This document shows, one piece after another, positions 1-13,023 of a stretch of DNA of 64,000 bases (positions are counted from its first letter, which is position 1; each line of letters starts with the position of its first letter). Location: contig NC_086097.1 in NCBI RefSeq assembly GCF_963921235.1, positions 190,342,001 to 190,406,000 of the forward strand. The letters are read 5' to 3'. This DNA comes from Mobula hypostoma (lineage: Eukaryota). The notes under the pieces were generated by a model. That model made no database searches. It saw only the letters and a program-made list of their open reading frames with translations, and was not told the origin of the DNA. The translations under genes and the position numbers were made by a program.

Positions 1-143
1 GCTGAGCTCTGAAATGTAAGTTACAGGCTATTGATTGCAGTGATTGTTTTTGAGAAAAAGTGTGAGTATTGAAGTAATAGCTGCGTTTGCTGCCAGCAAA
101 TTGTTGCTGTGTTTCACCAACACCATCCTAAACAGCTATTACG

Positions 144-691
144 GCTATATAGGACCCTGGTCAGACCCCAGTTGGAGTACTGTGCTCAGTTCTGGTCACC
201 GCACTACAGGATGGATGTGGAAACCATAGTAAGGGTGCGGAGGAGATTTACAAGGATGTTGCCTTGATTGGGGAGCATGCCTTACGAGAATAGGTTGAGT
301 GAACTTGGCCTTTTCTCCTTGAAGTGACGGAGGATGAGAGGTCCTGATAGAGGTATATAAGATGATGAGAGGCATTGATCGTGCAGATAGTCAGAGGCTT
401 TTTCCCTGGGCTGAAATGGCTAAACAAGAGGGCACAGTTTTAAGGTGCTTGCAAGTAGGTACAGAGATGTCAGGGGTAAGTTTTCTACACAGAGTGGTGA
501 GTGCATGGAATGGACTGCCAGCAATGGTAGTGGAGTTGGATACAACAGGGTCTTTTAAGGGACTCCTGGATAGGTACATGGAGTTTAGAAAAATAGAGGG
601 CTATGGGTAACCTGAGGTAATTTCTAAAGTAAGTACATGTTTAGCACAGCATTGTGGGCTGAAGGGCCTGTATTGTGCTGTAGATTTTCTA
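144..691 (+). mobile_element. CR1 LINE, 5'-truncated 3' fragment
   Basis: Encodes the CR1 ORF2 C-terminus (LYRTLVRPQLEYCAQFWSP; MMRGIDRADSQRLFP..VSAWNGLP). The 3' UTR ends GGGCCTGTATTGTGCTGTAGATTTTCTA. Same subfamily as 15573-15802 and 24225-25538. Confidence 0.9.
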
Positions 692-699
692 AACCGGGT

Positions 700-1132
700 T
701 GAATTGTAAAGGCCAGGTATTGGCTGAATCTAGGCAGTGGGTATTGGGCCCAGGAGTAAGGATTTTAGTGTTGGGCCAGATTGAAATGGTCAGGTTTTTG
801 GGGATTGAGATGAAACATGAGCTGGTGTTCAGCTCACTGCTCCACTAGGTTCATTCATCTTTGCGCTGCTGAACTGAGGTTGTGACCTGCAACTAATGGG
901 CTCCTGGATTGGCTGTGACTGGCTTTGAGGCTGTAGACTCACTTTTGTGAACTTCAGTTCTGAATGTTATTTGCTTACTTTTAGTGTTTGCACCATTTGT
1001 TATTTTTTTTCTGCACAATGGGTGTTTGATGGTCTTTTTTTAATGGGTTCTATTGGGTTTCTGTTTTGTGGCTGCCTGTAAGGAGACACATCTCAATGTT
1101 GTATATTGCATACGTACTTTGAACTTTGAACT
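700..1132 (+). repeat. Non-autonomous SINE-like retroelement with (CTTTGAA)n tail
   Basis: 3' end TTGTGGCTGCCTGTAAGGAGAC..GTTGTATATTGCATACGTACTTTGAACTTTGAACT. A related copy lies inverted at 50724-51070. Confidence 0.55.
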
Positions 1133-1134
1133 AG

Positions 1135-2945
1135 ACTTCTTCTCCTGACTATCCTGCTGACAAATGTAAAGTCTCTGGAAAATAAAATTGAAATCCTCAG
1201 AGCAAGATTGCTGTACCAGAGGGACATCAGGGAGCAGAGGAACAATTACAGGACTGCTTTGAGTTGGTGGGCTGGATAACATCAAGGAATTCATCTTTGA
1301 GCCCGAATGAATGCCACACAGTTGTCAGTGACTTAATCAAGACCTGTGTGGGTGAGTGAGTGCCTTAGAGGATATACTGGACATACCCAAACTAAAAGCG
1401 AGATGAACCAAGAGATGGCTAGATCTGTGGAATTCAAGATTGGTGATCCAAAGCTATCTAAGACATCCATGTCCAAGCACTGGAAGGCTATTTTAAGGGT
1501 GAGGAAACAGTTCTGATTGAGTCTTGAGATGGAATCAGATGCACATCATCTGTTTGCAGACCATTACTTCCTACAAAGTGAAATCGAACATCATGAATAG
1601 CTGTGATAATTCACTCTCAGGTGAGCTCAATGTCTTTAATGCATGTTTTGAAAGGATGTACAAATAAAACTACACCAGTGCAAATCTCTGGAGCATCTGG
1701 TAACCCTGTGATCTCTGTCTTGAAGGCCAACGTCAGAACATCTTTTAAGAGGATTAACCCTTGAATGGTCAGGCCCTGATGGACTACCTGGTAGGGCTAT
1801 ACCAATCAATTGGCATGAGTGTTTAAGGATTTCTTCAATCACTCACTGCTGCAGTCAAGAGTTTCCCACCTGTTTCAAAAGGGCAACAATCATACCAGTG
1901 GCCAAGAAGAGCAGAGTGAGCTGCCTCAATGACTGTTGCCCAGATGCACTCACATCTACAGTGATGAAGTGCTTTGAGAGGTTGGTCATGGCCAGAATCA
2001 ACCTCTGCTTCAGCAAGGACCTGGACTCACTGCAATTTTTCTATCACTACAATAGGTCTACAGCAGATGTAATCTCACCAGCTCTCCACTTGGCCTTCGA
2101 TCACCTGGACAAGAGTAATACCCATGTCAGACTGCTGTTTATTTTCTAGAGCTCAGTGCTCAACACAATCGTACCTTATTCTGATCAACAAGCTCCAAAA
2201 TCTGGGCCTCTGCTCCTCCCTCTACAACTGAATCCTTGGTTTCCTCACTGGGAGACCATAGTCTGTACGGGTCGGAAATAACATCTGCTCTTCACTGATG
2301 ATCAACACTGGAAAACCTGAAGGATGCATGCGTAGCCAATTGCTCTTCTCTCTACACTCACAATTGTGTGGCTAAGCACAGCTCAAATGTCATCTGTAAT
2401 CTTTTTGGAAAGCTCAACTATTGTTGGCAGAATTTCAGATGGTGAGGAGGACACTTACAGGAGTGAGATAGATCATCCGGTTGAGTGGCATCGCAACAAC
2501 CTTGCACTCAATGTCAGTATAACCAAGGAGTTGATTGTGAACTTCAGAAAGGAGAAGTCGAGGGAAAACACATCAGTTCTCATTGAGTAATCAGTGGTGG
2601 AAAAGGTGAGCAGTTTCCGATTCTTGGGTTCAACATCTCTTAAGATTTATCTTGGGTTCAACATATTGATCCAAATACAAAGAAGGCATGACAGCGACAA
2701 TATTTCATGAGGAGTCTGAAGAAACGTGGTATGTCACCAAAGACTAGTAAATTCCTATAGGTGTACCATGAAGAGCGTTCTAACTGGTTATATCACAGTC
2801 AGGCATGGCGAGGCCATTGCACAGGATTGAACAAAGCCACAGAAAGCTGCAAACTCAGCCAGCTCTATCATGGGCACTAGCCTCCCCATCATCAAGGCCA
2901 TCTTCAAAAGGCAATCCCTCAAAAAGGTGGCATCCATCATAAAAA
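1135..2945 (+). mobile_element. Rex1/Babar LINE, decayed and internally deleted
   Basis: EN start ILLTNVKSLENKIEILRARLLYQRDIR; RT motifs [23 protein letters not shown] and NRSTADVISPALH; C-terminal NNLALNVSITKELIVNFRK. Confidence 0.85.
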
Positions 2946-3350
2946 ATTTTCCCTGTGGCTTCTGACATTATGGTTGATGCTTTCATTTCTCCTTCACCAT
3001 TTTTTCCTCCAGTTTGGAAGGGGCTTAATTTTGTTTGAGTCTTTGATTCATTGAGTTTTCAGCAGGATTCTATCCTTCTCAGGATTGAGTTCTGATCTAA
3101 CAAGCTATGATTCCTGCAGAATGATTGCTGCAATGTTTCATGACAAGTTTGATCAAGCCTCCACTTTGGAAGTAGTGATACTTGCTTTTATATTATGATA
3201 TTTAATTGATGTTTTATTTTAATACTCTTAATATATGGAAAGCGGCCAGTGAGTGAGTGGGCCAGTGAAGGAGTGGAGCTTTGAGCTTTGACTCGAGAGG
3301 CTTCGACGAGAAGAGGCGGAGGATGAGCTTGTTCCCAGTTAGTCTTTACA

Positions 3351-4292
3351 ATGCCTCCTGAGACGGTGATGTGCCTCTCATGTGAGATGTGGTAGTTGTG
3401 GGGGACCTCTCCTCTCCCGTAGAGTCACATCTGCTAGAAGTGCATGCGGCTGGGTGATCTGGAAGACCATATCAGGAATCTGGAGCAGCAACTGGATGAC
3501 CTTCGACTCGTAAGGGAGAATGAGGCAGTCATAGATGAGAGCTACAGGGAGGTAGTCACACCTAGGCTGCCGGAAGCAGGTCATTAGGTGACAGTCAGAG
3601 GGGGGAAAGCGAAGGTGAATAGACAGGTTGTGCAGAGCACCCCTGTAGCCATTCCCCTGAATAATAAGTTTACCGTCCTGGATACTGTTGGTGGGGACAA
3701 CCGACCAGGTGTGAGCCACGGTGGCAGGGCCTCTGGCACTGAATCTGACCCTGTGGTGCAGAAGGGTGGGACAGAGAAGAGGAGAGCTGTTGTCATTGGA
3801 GACTTGTTAGTCAGAGGAGTAGACAGGAGATTTTGTGGATGTGAGAAGGACACCCGCATGGTTTGTTGCCTCCCGGGTGCCAGGGTCCAGGATGTCTCTG
3901 AGCGGGTGCACGACATCCTGGTACGAGAGGGAAAGCAACCAGAAGTCGTGATACATGTTGGCACCAACGACATAGGCAGGAAGAGTGATGAGGTCCTGAA
4001 GTGTGAGTTTCGGGAACTAGGCAGAAGGCTGAAAAACAGGACCTCAAGGGTGGCATTCTCAGGACTGCTGCCAGTGCTACGTGATAGTGATGGTAAGAAT
4101 TGGAGGAGATGGCAGTTGAATGCGTGTCTGAGGAGTTGGTGCAGGGGGCAGGGTTTTAGATTTCTGGATCATTGGGATCTCTTTTGGGGAAGGTGGGACC
4201 TGTACAGATTGGATGGGTTGCATCTGAACTCGAGGGGGAACAATATCCTTGCAGGTAAGTTTGCTAGCATGGTTCGGGAGGGTTTAAACTAA
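3351..4292 (+). pseudogene. CR1 ORF1: Zn-finger/coiled coil plus SGNH (GDSL) esterase domain
   Basis: ATG 3351 is in frame with ORF 3588..4292. CxxC..HIC.KC and LEQQLDDLR heptads are followed by SGNH blocks IGD(L)LVRG, CLPGARV, HVGTND and DGLHLN. There are four in-frame TAG stops in the first 80 codons. Confidence 0.9.
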
Positions 4293-7208
4293 TTTGAAAG
4301 GGGGATGGGATCCGGACCGATAGAGCAGTGAAAGAAGTGCATGAAGTAAAGCCAGATCTAACATACAGAGAGGCTGTGAGGAAAGAGAAGCAGAATAAAG
4401 GGTGTAAAGGTAGGAAGGTAGAAGGGCTAAAGTGTGTGTACCTCAATGCTAGAAGCATCAGGAACAAAGGTGATGAACTGAGAGCTTGGATACATACATG
4501 GAATTATGATGTAGTGGCCATTACAGAGACTTGGCTGGCACCAGGGCAGGAACGGATTCTCAATATTCCTGGATTTCAGTGCTTTTAAAGGGATGGGGGG
4601 GGGAGGGAGGAGGGGTGGCATTACTGATCAGGGATACTATTACAGCAACAGAAAGGGTGGGTAATATAGCAGGATCCTCTTTTGAGTCAGTATGGGTGGA
4701 AGTCAGGAACAGGAAGGGAGCAGTTACTCTATTGGGAATGTTCTATAGGCCCCCTGGTAGCAGCAGAGATACCGAGGAGCAGATTGGGAGACATATTTTG
4801 GAAAGGTGCAAAAATAACAGGGTTGTTATCATGGGTGACTTTAACTTCCCTAATACTGATTCGCACCTGAGTAGTTCCAAGGGTTTTGACGGGGCAGAGT
4901 TTGTTAAGTGTGTCCAGGACGGATTCCTGTCACAGTATGTTGACAGGATGACTGAGGGAATGCCATACTAGATCTAGTATTAGGTAACGAACCGGTTCAG
5001 GTCACAGATCTCTCCGTGGGTGAGCATCTGGGGGACAGTGACCACCACTCCCTGGCCTTTAGCATTATCATGGAAAAGGATAGAATCAGAGAGGACAGGA
5101 AAATTTTTAATTGGGGAAGGGCAAATTATGAGGCCATAAGACTAGAACTTGCGGGTGTGAATTGGGATGCTGTTTTTGCAGGGAAATGCACTATGGACAT
5201 GTGGTCGATGTTTAGAGATCTCTTGCAGGATGTTAGGGATAAATTTGTCCCAGTGAGGAAAATAAAGAATGGTAGTGTGAAGGAACCATGGGTGACAAGT
5301 GAGGTGGAAAATCTAGTCAGGTGGACGAAGGCAGCATACATGAGGTTTAGAAAGCAAGAATCAGATGGGTCTATTGAGGAATATAGGAAAGCAAGAAAGG
5401 AGCTTAAGAAGGGGTTGAGAAGAGCAAGAAGGGGGCATGAGAAGGCCTTGGTGAGTAGGGTGAAGGAAAACCCCAAGGCATTCTTTAATTATGTGAAGAA
5501 AAAAAGGATGACAGGAGTGAAGGTAGAACCGATTAGAGATAAAGGTGAGAAGATGTGCCTGGAGGCTGTGAAAGTGAGCGAGGTCCTCATTGAATACTTC
5601 TCTTCGATATTCACCAATGAGAGGGAACTTAATGACAGTGAGGACAATATGAGTGAGGTTGATGTTCTGGAGCATGTTGATATTAAGGCAGAGGAGGTAT
5701 TGAAGTTATTAAAATACATTAGGACGGATAAGTCCCCGGGGCCTGATGGAATATTCCCCAGGCAACTCCACGAGGTGAGGGAAGATATTGCTGAGCCTCT
5801 GGCTAGGACCTTTATGTCCTTGTTGTCCACGGGAATGGTACCGGAGAATTGGAGGGAGGCGAATGTTGTCCCCTTGTTCAAAAAACGTAGTAGGGATAGT
5901 CCGGGTAATTATAGACCAGTGAGCCTTACGTCTGTGGTGGGAAAGCTGTTGGAAAAGATTCTTAGAGCTAGGATCTATGGGCATTTAGAGAATTATGGTC
6001 TGATCAGGGACAGTCAGCATGGCTTTGTGAAGGGCAGATCATGTCTAACAAGCCTGATAGAGTTCTTTGAGGAGGTGACCTGGCATATAGATGAAGGTAG
6101 TGAAGTGGATGTGATCTATATGAATTTTAGTAAGGCATTTGAGAAGGTTCCACGCAGTAGGCTTATTCAGAAAGTCAGAAGGCATGGGATCCAGGGAGGT
6201 TTGGCCAGGTGAATTCAGAATTGGCTTGCCTGCAGAAGGCAGAGGGTCATGGTGGAGGGAGTATATTTGGATTGGAGGGTTGTGACTAGTGGTGTCCCAC
6301 AAGGATCGGCTCTGGGACCTCTACTTTTCGTGATTTTTATTAACGACATGGATGTCGGGTGGAAGGGTGGGTTGGCAAGTTTGCAGACGACACAAGTGTT
6401 GGTGGTGTTGTAGGTAGTGTAGAGGATTGTCGAAGATTGCAGAGAGACATTGATAGGTTGCAGAAGTGGGCTGAGAAATGGCAAATGTAGTTCAACCCAG
6501 AGAAGTTTGAGGTGGTACACTTTGGAAGGACAAACTCCAAGGCAGAGTACAAAGTAAATGGCAGGATACTTGGTAGTGTGGAGGAGCAGAGGGATCTAGG
6601 GGTACATGTCCACAGATCCCTGAAAGTTGCCTCACAGGTAGATAGGGTAGTTAAGAAAGCTTACGGGGTGTTATCTTTCATAAATCGAGGGATAGAATTT
6701 AAGAGTCACGAGGTAATGATGCAGCTCTATAAAACTCTGGTTAGGCCAGACTTGGAGTACTGTGTCCATTTCTGGTCGCCTCACTATATGAAGGATGTGG
6801 AAGCATTAGAAAGGATACAGAGGAGATTTACCAGGATGCTGCCTGGTTTAGAGAGTATGGATTCTGATCAGAGATTAAGGGAGCTAGGGCTTTACTCTTT
6901 GGAAAGAAGGAGGATGAGAGGAGACATGATAGAGGTATACAAGGTATTAAGAGGAATAGATAGAGTGGATAGCCAGCGGCTCTTCCCCAGGGCACCACTG
7001 CTCAATACAAGGGGACATGGCTTTAAGGTAAGGGGTGGGAAGTTCAGGGGGGATATTAGAGGAAGGTTTTTTACTCAGAGTGGTTGGTGCGTGGAATACA
7101 CTGTCTGAGTCAGTGGTGGAGGCAGATACACTCGTGAAATTTAAGAGACTACTAGACAGGTATATGGAGGAATTTAAGGTGGGGGGTTATATGGGAGGCA
7201 GGGTTTAA
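4283..7208 (+). pseudogene. CR1 ORF2: APE endonuclease plus reverse transcriptase (frameshifted)
   Basis: [75 protein letters not shown] across ORFs 4328, 4531, 5016 and 6512. The first frameshift is near the G-run at about 4595. Confidence 0.93.
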
Positions 7209-7824
7209 GGTTCGGCACAACATTGTGGACGAAGGGTTTGTACTGTGCTGTACTATTCTATGTTCTATGTTCTATATTGTTCAGTTAAAATCTGAACCAT
7301 GGACTCTTGTTCAGTAAGATTTCATATTCACCACATGGGGAAAAAGATTATTGTGTAGATTCATATCGATGCATTCGAGCCATTTTGAATAGTTGTTAAT
7401 TAGTACCAAAAGGTGAGCCACATTTTTTTCATAATTGCTGATACAAATTCAAGGAAAAGTTCTTTTCCATTTGAAGTGGCACATTAGTTGGTTGTACTTA
7501 CCAGCACCAAGATAATCGGCACCTGGGCTCCTTTGTTTATGTCCATGACAAATCACCTGGCTACTGTCCTGAGATTGTGACAAGCTGTCACTGAGGCATG
7601 TTGTTTCAGTGTTCTATACTCAATATAATGGCTGTATTGAGAAAAGAAAATGGCAAACATTTATGTAAATTGCTTTAGAGAGAGTATATCCTGGAATATT
7701 GTATGCTTCATTTTTTCTGTCTAATTAAAAAAAGGAACCCTCGCAACAGGTGTGCACAAAATGCTCAACAGACTGCTCCCTAGCAAGAACTGTTGAGGAG
7801 GGTTTGGGTAATTAGTTTGTATGT

Positions 7825-8065
7825 ACAGTGATGAAGTGTGAAAGGTGATCTCATTGAAGTATATAGGATTCTTACTGAGCTCAACAGGCTAGATGTGGAG
7901 AAGATCACAAAAGTCACAGTCTCAAGGGGTATGACACTTAGGACAGACACAAAAGTATTTTTTTTCATTTGGAGGATGGTGGCCCTGAATATTCTCCCAC
8001 AAATGCTTACAAAGGTCACGTTGCTGAATATTTTTTAAAAAGTGATTGATAGATTTCTAGAGACA
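7825..8065 (+). mobile_element. Old CR1 3' relic
   Basis: KGDLIEVYRILTELNRLDVE (ORF 7838). Confidence 0.7.
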
Positions 8066-8496
8066 AAATACAACCATGAGAAATGGAAATTATTGAGATA
8101 AAGTATCTGGTACATTGACCAAGTATAACCTGGTTTCCAATTGTCTTGGCAAAGACCTTGCTCTGTCAAGACTGTGTGGTAATGCACAATTCCTCCACAC
8201 AAAGAACAACCATGCAGATATCCTCTACTCTTCAGCTCAGGAGTAGAACAATCATTACATACCCTGAAGATCTGCCTATGAAGACAATAATAACTCTCCA
8301 AGGATATTAATTGTGAATATCTTCCTTTTTTAATCAACATCAAGCAGAGCACATAAATAAGAGAGCAAGTCTATCTCTAAAAATATTTTTTCCTGCCATT
8401 TTTTTGCAGAAACTCTGAGTCCTGGTGAATAAATCAGTGCTGAGGATTATCTTGTCTAGTTGGAGCCCCAGAGCAGACTTTGCCTCACTTGATGCA

Positions 8497-9045
8497 GATA
8501 GAAAATAACATAGAACAGTATAGCATACGATGAGGCCCTTCGGCCCACAATGTCTGCGCTGAACATGATATTGAATTGAATTCAATCTCTTTTGCCTGTA
8601 AATGATCCATATCCCTCCATTACTGCATATGCACTTGCCTGTCTCACAATCACTTAAAGCCACTATCTTATCTGCTTCCACCGTTATCTCTGGCAGTCCT
8701 TCCAGCCACTGACCACCTTCTGTGTAAAGAACTTATCCTTTAAGTTTCCCCCCTCTTGTCTTAAATATATGTCCTCTAGTACTTGACATAACTAACCTAG
8801 GCAGAAGATTCTGACAGTCTACCCTATCTATGTCTTTCATAACTTTATCAACTTCTGTCAGTCTCCCATCAGCCTCCAATGACCCAAAGAAAACAGTCCA
8901 TATTTGCTCAGCCTTATAACTTAATACCTTCTCATTGAGGCAACATCCTGGTAAACCAATTTTGCACCTTTTCTAAAGCTTCCACCAGCTTCCTTCAATT
9001 GGACAACCAGAATTGCACACAGTACTCCAAAATGAAGACTGTGGA
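8497..9045 (-). mobile_element. Old CR1 3' relic
   Basis: Reverse tail AACATAGAACAGTATAGCA..GGCCCTTCGGCCCAC. ACCAGAATTGCACACAGTACTCCA is the reverse complement of LEYCVQFW. Confidence 0.8.
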
Positions 9046-9090
9046 CTGCTGGCCCTTTTCTCACCAGCAAACTTCCCTTTTCGCTTCATT

Positions 9091-11331
9091 GTCAAGTCAA
9101 GTCACTTTTCATTGTTATTTCAACCATCACTGCTGGTACAGAGCATAATAAAAATGACACAACATTTTCTAGGACCATGGTGCTACATGAAACAATACAA
9201 AAACTACACTGAACTACGTAAGAAAAAACTCAAAAACTACACTAGACTACAGACCTATCCAGGACTGCATAAAGTGCACAAAACAGTGCAGGCATTACAA
9301 TAAATAATAATAAATAATAAACAAGACAGTAGGCACATTAGAGGGTATAGTAGGTTGGTGTCAAGCCAGGCTCTGGGTATTAAGGTGTCTGATGGCTTGG
9401 GGGAAGAAACTGTTACATAGTCTGGCCGTGAGAGCCCAAAAGCTTTGGTGCCTTTATCCAGATGGCAGGAGGGAGAAGAGTTTATTTGAGGGGTGCATGG
9501 GGTCCTTCATAATGCTGTTTGCTTTGTGGATGCAGCGTGTGGTGTAAATGTCTGTGATGGCAGGAAGAGAGACCCCGATGATTTTCTCAGCCGACCTCAC
9601 TATCCACTGCAGGGTCTTGCAATCCAAGATGGTGCAATTTCCGAACCAGGCAGTGATGCAGCGGCTCAGGATGCTCTCAATACAATCTCTGTAGAATGTG
9701 GTGAGGATGGGGGGTGGGAGATTGACTTTTCTCAGCCTTCGCAGAAAGTAGAGATGCTGCCGGGCTTTCTTTGCTATGGAGCTGGTGTTGAGCGACCAGG
9801 TGAGATTCTCCGCTAGGTGAATACCAAGAAATTTGGTGCTCTTAACGATCTCTACAGAGGAGTGGTCAATGTTCAGCAGAGAGTGGTTGTTCCGTGTCCT
9901 CCCGAAGTAAACAACCATCTCTTTTGTTTTGTTTACATTCAGAGACAGGTTGTTGGCTCTGCACCAGTCTGTTAGCCGCTGCACCTCCTCTCTGTATGCT
10001 GACTCATCGTTCTTGCTGATGAGACCCACCACAGTTGTGTCATCGGCGAACTTGATGATGTGGTTCGAGCTGTGTGTTGTAGCACAGTCATGGGTCAGCA
10101 GAGTGAACAGCAGTGGACTGAGCACACAGCCATGGGGGGCCCTCATGCTCAGTGGGTAGTGTTAGAGATGCTGCTAGCAATTTGGACTGACTGAGGTCTC
10201 CCAGTCAGGAAGTCTAGGATCCAGTTGCAGAGGGAGGTGTTCAGGCCCAGTAGGCTCAGCTTTCTAATCAGTTTCTGAGGAATGATTGTGTTGAATGCTG
10301 AACTGAAGTGTATGAACAGCATTTGAATGTACGTGTCTTTTTTGTCCAGGTAGGTAAAAGTCAGGTGGAGGGTGATGGCAATGGCATCGTCTGTTAACGT
10401 TGGGGACGGTACGCAAACTGCAGGGGATCCAGTGAGGGGGGCAGCAGGGACTTGATGTGCCTCATGACAAGCCTCTCGAAGCACTTCATGATGATGGATG
10501 TGAGTGCAATGGGACAGTAATCATTGAGGCAGGACACTGAAGACTTCTTCGGCAGAGGGACGATGGTGGCGACCTTGAAGTATGTAGGAACGACGGCACT
10601 GCTCAGGGAGATGTTGAAGATTTCAGTGAGAATATCTGCTAGCTGGTCTGCACATCCTCTAAGCACTCTGCTAGGAATATTGTCTGGTCCAGCGGCCTTC
10701 CGTGGGTTGACTCTGCACAGGGTTCTCCTCACATTGGCCACGGTAAGACACAGCACCTGGTCGTTTGGAGGAGGGGTGGTCTTCCTCACTGTCACGTCAT
10801 TTTCCACCTCAAACCAAGCGTAGAAGTTGTTCAGCGCATCTGGGAGGGAGGCATCTCCCGCAAAGTCAGGTGATGTTGTCCTGTAGCCGGTGATGTCCTT
10901 AATGCCCTTCCACATGCGCCACATGTCTCCGCTGTCCTGGAAGTAGCTGTGGATTCGCTGGGCATGTGCATGCTTTGCCTCTCTGATGGCCTGGGACAGT
11001 TTGGCCCTCGCTGTTGTTAGGGCTGCCTTGTCGCCTGCTCTGTAGGCGGAGTCATGGGTCCTCAGCAGCGCACTCACCTCCACGGTCATCCATGGCTTCT
11101 GGTTAGTGTGTGTAGTGATGGTCTTGGCCACAGTGACATCATCAGTGCACTTGCTGATGTAGCTAGTCACTGATGCCGTGTATTCCTCTAAGTTGGTAGA
11201 GTCGCCATCGGTTGCAGCCTCCCTGAACATGTGCCAGTCAGTGTGCTCAAAGCAGTCTTGGAGAGCAGAGATGGCTCCTGCTGCCCAGGTTTTCACCTGC
11301 TTCTGAACGGGTCTGGAGCGTCTGACGAGCG
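9091..11331 (-). mobile_element. Rex1/Babar LINE, 5'-truncated, relatively young
   Basis: ORFs 10394..11296, 10149..10484 and 9454..10146 give [55 protein letters not shown]. Tail (ACTTG)n seen as GTCAAGTCAAGTC. Confidence 0.95.
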
Positions 11332-13023
11332 CTCCACATTGTTTTCAATGTGTCCCCTGATCAGTCAGCCTCCAAAGGCTCGACCATTGAGAGCTATCTC
11401 TCCCATATCTGGTTTACTGTGTTGAATGTCATCCGTTTGATCATTATGGCCAATCCCCTGCAAATGACAGTGAAAACAAGCGGATGGAATCTGAACGCTC
11501 AAGAGGCTCTTATACCACCAGGCCATACCTAAGATGCATCTGATTAATCAAAGGTCAAAAGCATTAAGCTTTTTCTCATGTCTTCCATATGTTTCCAAGC
11601 CTCGGCGTTGAAGCTGAGTGTTCTATGGGCGAAGGCTTGGGAGACTCAGCTTTCACTCTGTTACCAGTCTGCTGTTCGACCACACCCTCTTGCTGAGCCT
11701 AGACAAATAGCCATTGCTTTTGTGATGTACATATTTATCTCAACATCATGTGATAGATTGTTGGTAAGTGTACAGTCTTGTGAAGCAGTCAGCAAATCCA
11801 GTAACACATTATCAAATGGTTCAATACTAATTAATGGTGATATTGCAGACTTTGAACAGTGATCTTCCTATTTTTGATGCTGATCATCAATCTGTTAGCA
11901 TGAGAGACACTATCCATGAGCCTCTAAAAGTGTGCCTTAATATGAGATGCTAGTATTTCATTGGTGCCATAGGGTTTCTCCCTAATGACAGACTGGCACA
12001 CTTTATGTCTTGGCAGGTTGACATGGACGCTGAACAGCTTTCCATCTGCTCTGATGTGTAAATAGACACCCACTTTCGATGAGCCAAAGACATATGATAG
12101 CAGTCAGGAGAAGAAAATACCAAAGAGTGCCATTTCCAGAAAGTAACCCTATTTGACCTCATTATGGATCTCAAAGTGTTCCAATATTGGCCTGTCGTAG
12201 CTGACCTTATCCCTCACGAAAACAGCAAATTAGTCTATGAAGCATTGGTGGGCAGCCAGTTTTCTTCAGTAGCTTGAATAAACCACCTTTGGGATGCTGG
12301 GTAGAGGGGATTATTCATCATCTGCTACTCTATTTAAGCTCAATACGTAATGTATGATGAGTTGGATACTTTCCTCCAATCACTATGATGGGCATCGGCA
12401 ACTTACTTTGTGCAACTTCCACCAATACTTTAATCTGTTCAATTTACATAGCTTTTCTACTGCTGGAGCTTTCAGTGTATAGGGCATGTGCCAGGGCTTA
12501 CAATAGACTGGTCTGCCATCTGGTTTTACATGTATGTAGGCTTAATGCTCCTCTCTACCCAGATACTGTATTTGAATATACAAACTCATATTCATATTGT
12601 TGCAGATGCTTTTGCAAATCAACATAAAATAAATATTTCTCATCTACTCTTAATTCCTTCAACAAATCTTATCTTTACAAAGTCAGTCTGTCAACAGAAT
12701 CACAATATTCAACAGCCTTGCCTTCATTATGTCGGATCATCAGTCTATTTGTTCTCATTTTCTTGGGAATATTTTCCTAATTTTGAGGTACTCATGGCGT
12801 CTGACTAATCTTATGAATACAAGTGCCTCTGTTCTGGTAGAACAGATTATGAGTGCCTCATATATACATTGTCAGGAGTTGTAGGCAGTGTTCAAACTAT
12901 TTCTTCCTTTGCTATTCCATCTCGTGTTGTGACCCCTTGGCTTTCATGATTTTCTACTATAATTCACCCTTTTCATTAGGACTTGTACTGCCACCATTCT
13001 AGTTCACTGTATTTTGTCAACCT

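Larger units (their letters stand above)
3237..7275 (+). mobile_element. Near full-length CR1 LINE (5' UTR, ORF1, ORF2, (TTCTATG)n tail)
   Basis: GC-richer 5' UTR begins abruptly after an AT-rich flank. It is followed by an esterase ORF1, an EN-RT ORF2 and the tail TATTCTATGTTCTATGTTCTAT. Confidence 0.95.

Noticed and set aside
5126..5984. Antisense ORFs over LINE RT regions (also 13994, 14519, 43387, 21569)
   Set aside because: Shadow ORFs from the codon structure of the opposite strand, with no independent evidence.
5016..6212. Long RT ORFs (also 13638, 42785, 10394) as bacterial retron, DGR or group II RT, or as host genes
   Set aside because: They carry CR1/Rex1 motifs, LINE tails, stops and frameshifts, so they are decayed LINE ORF2 copies.
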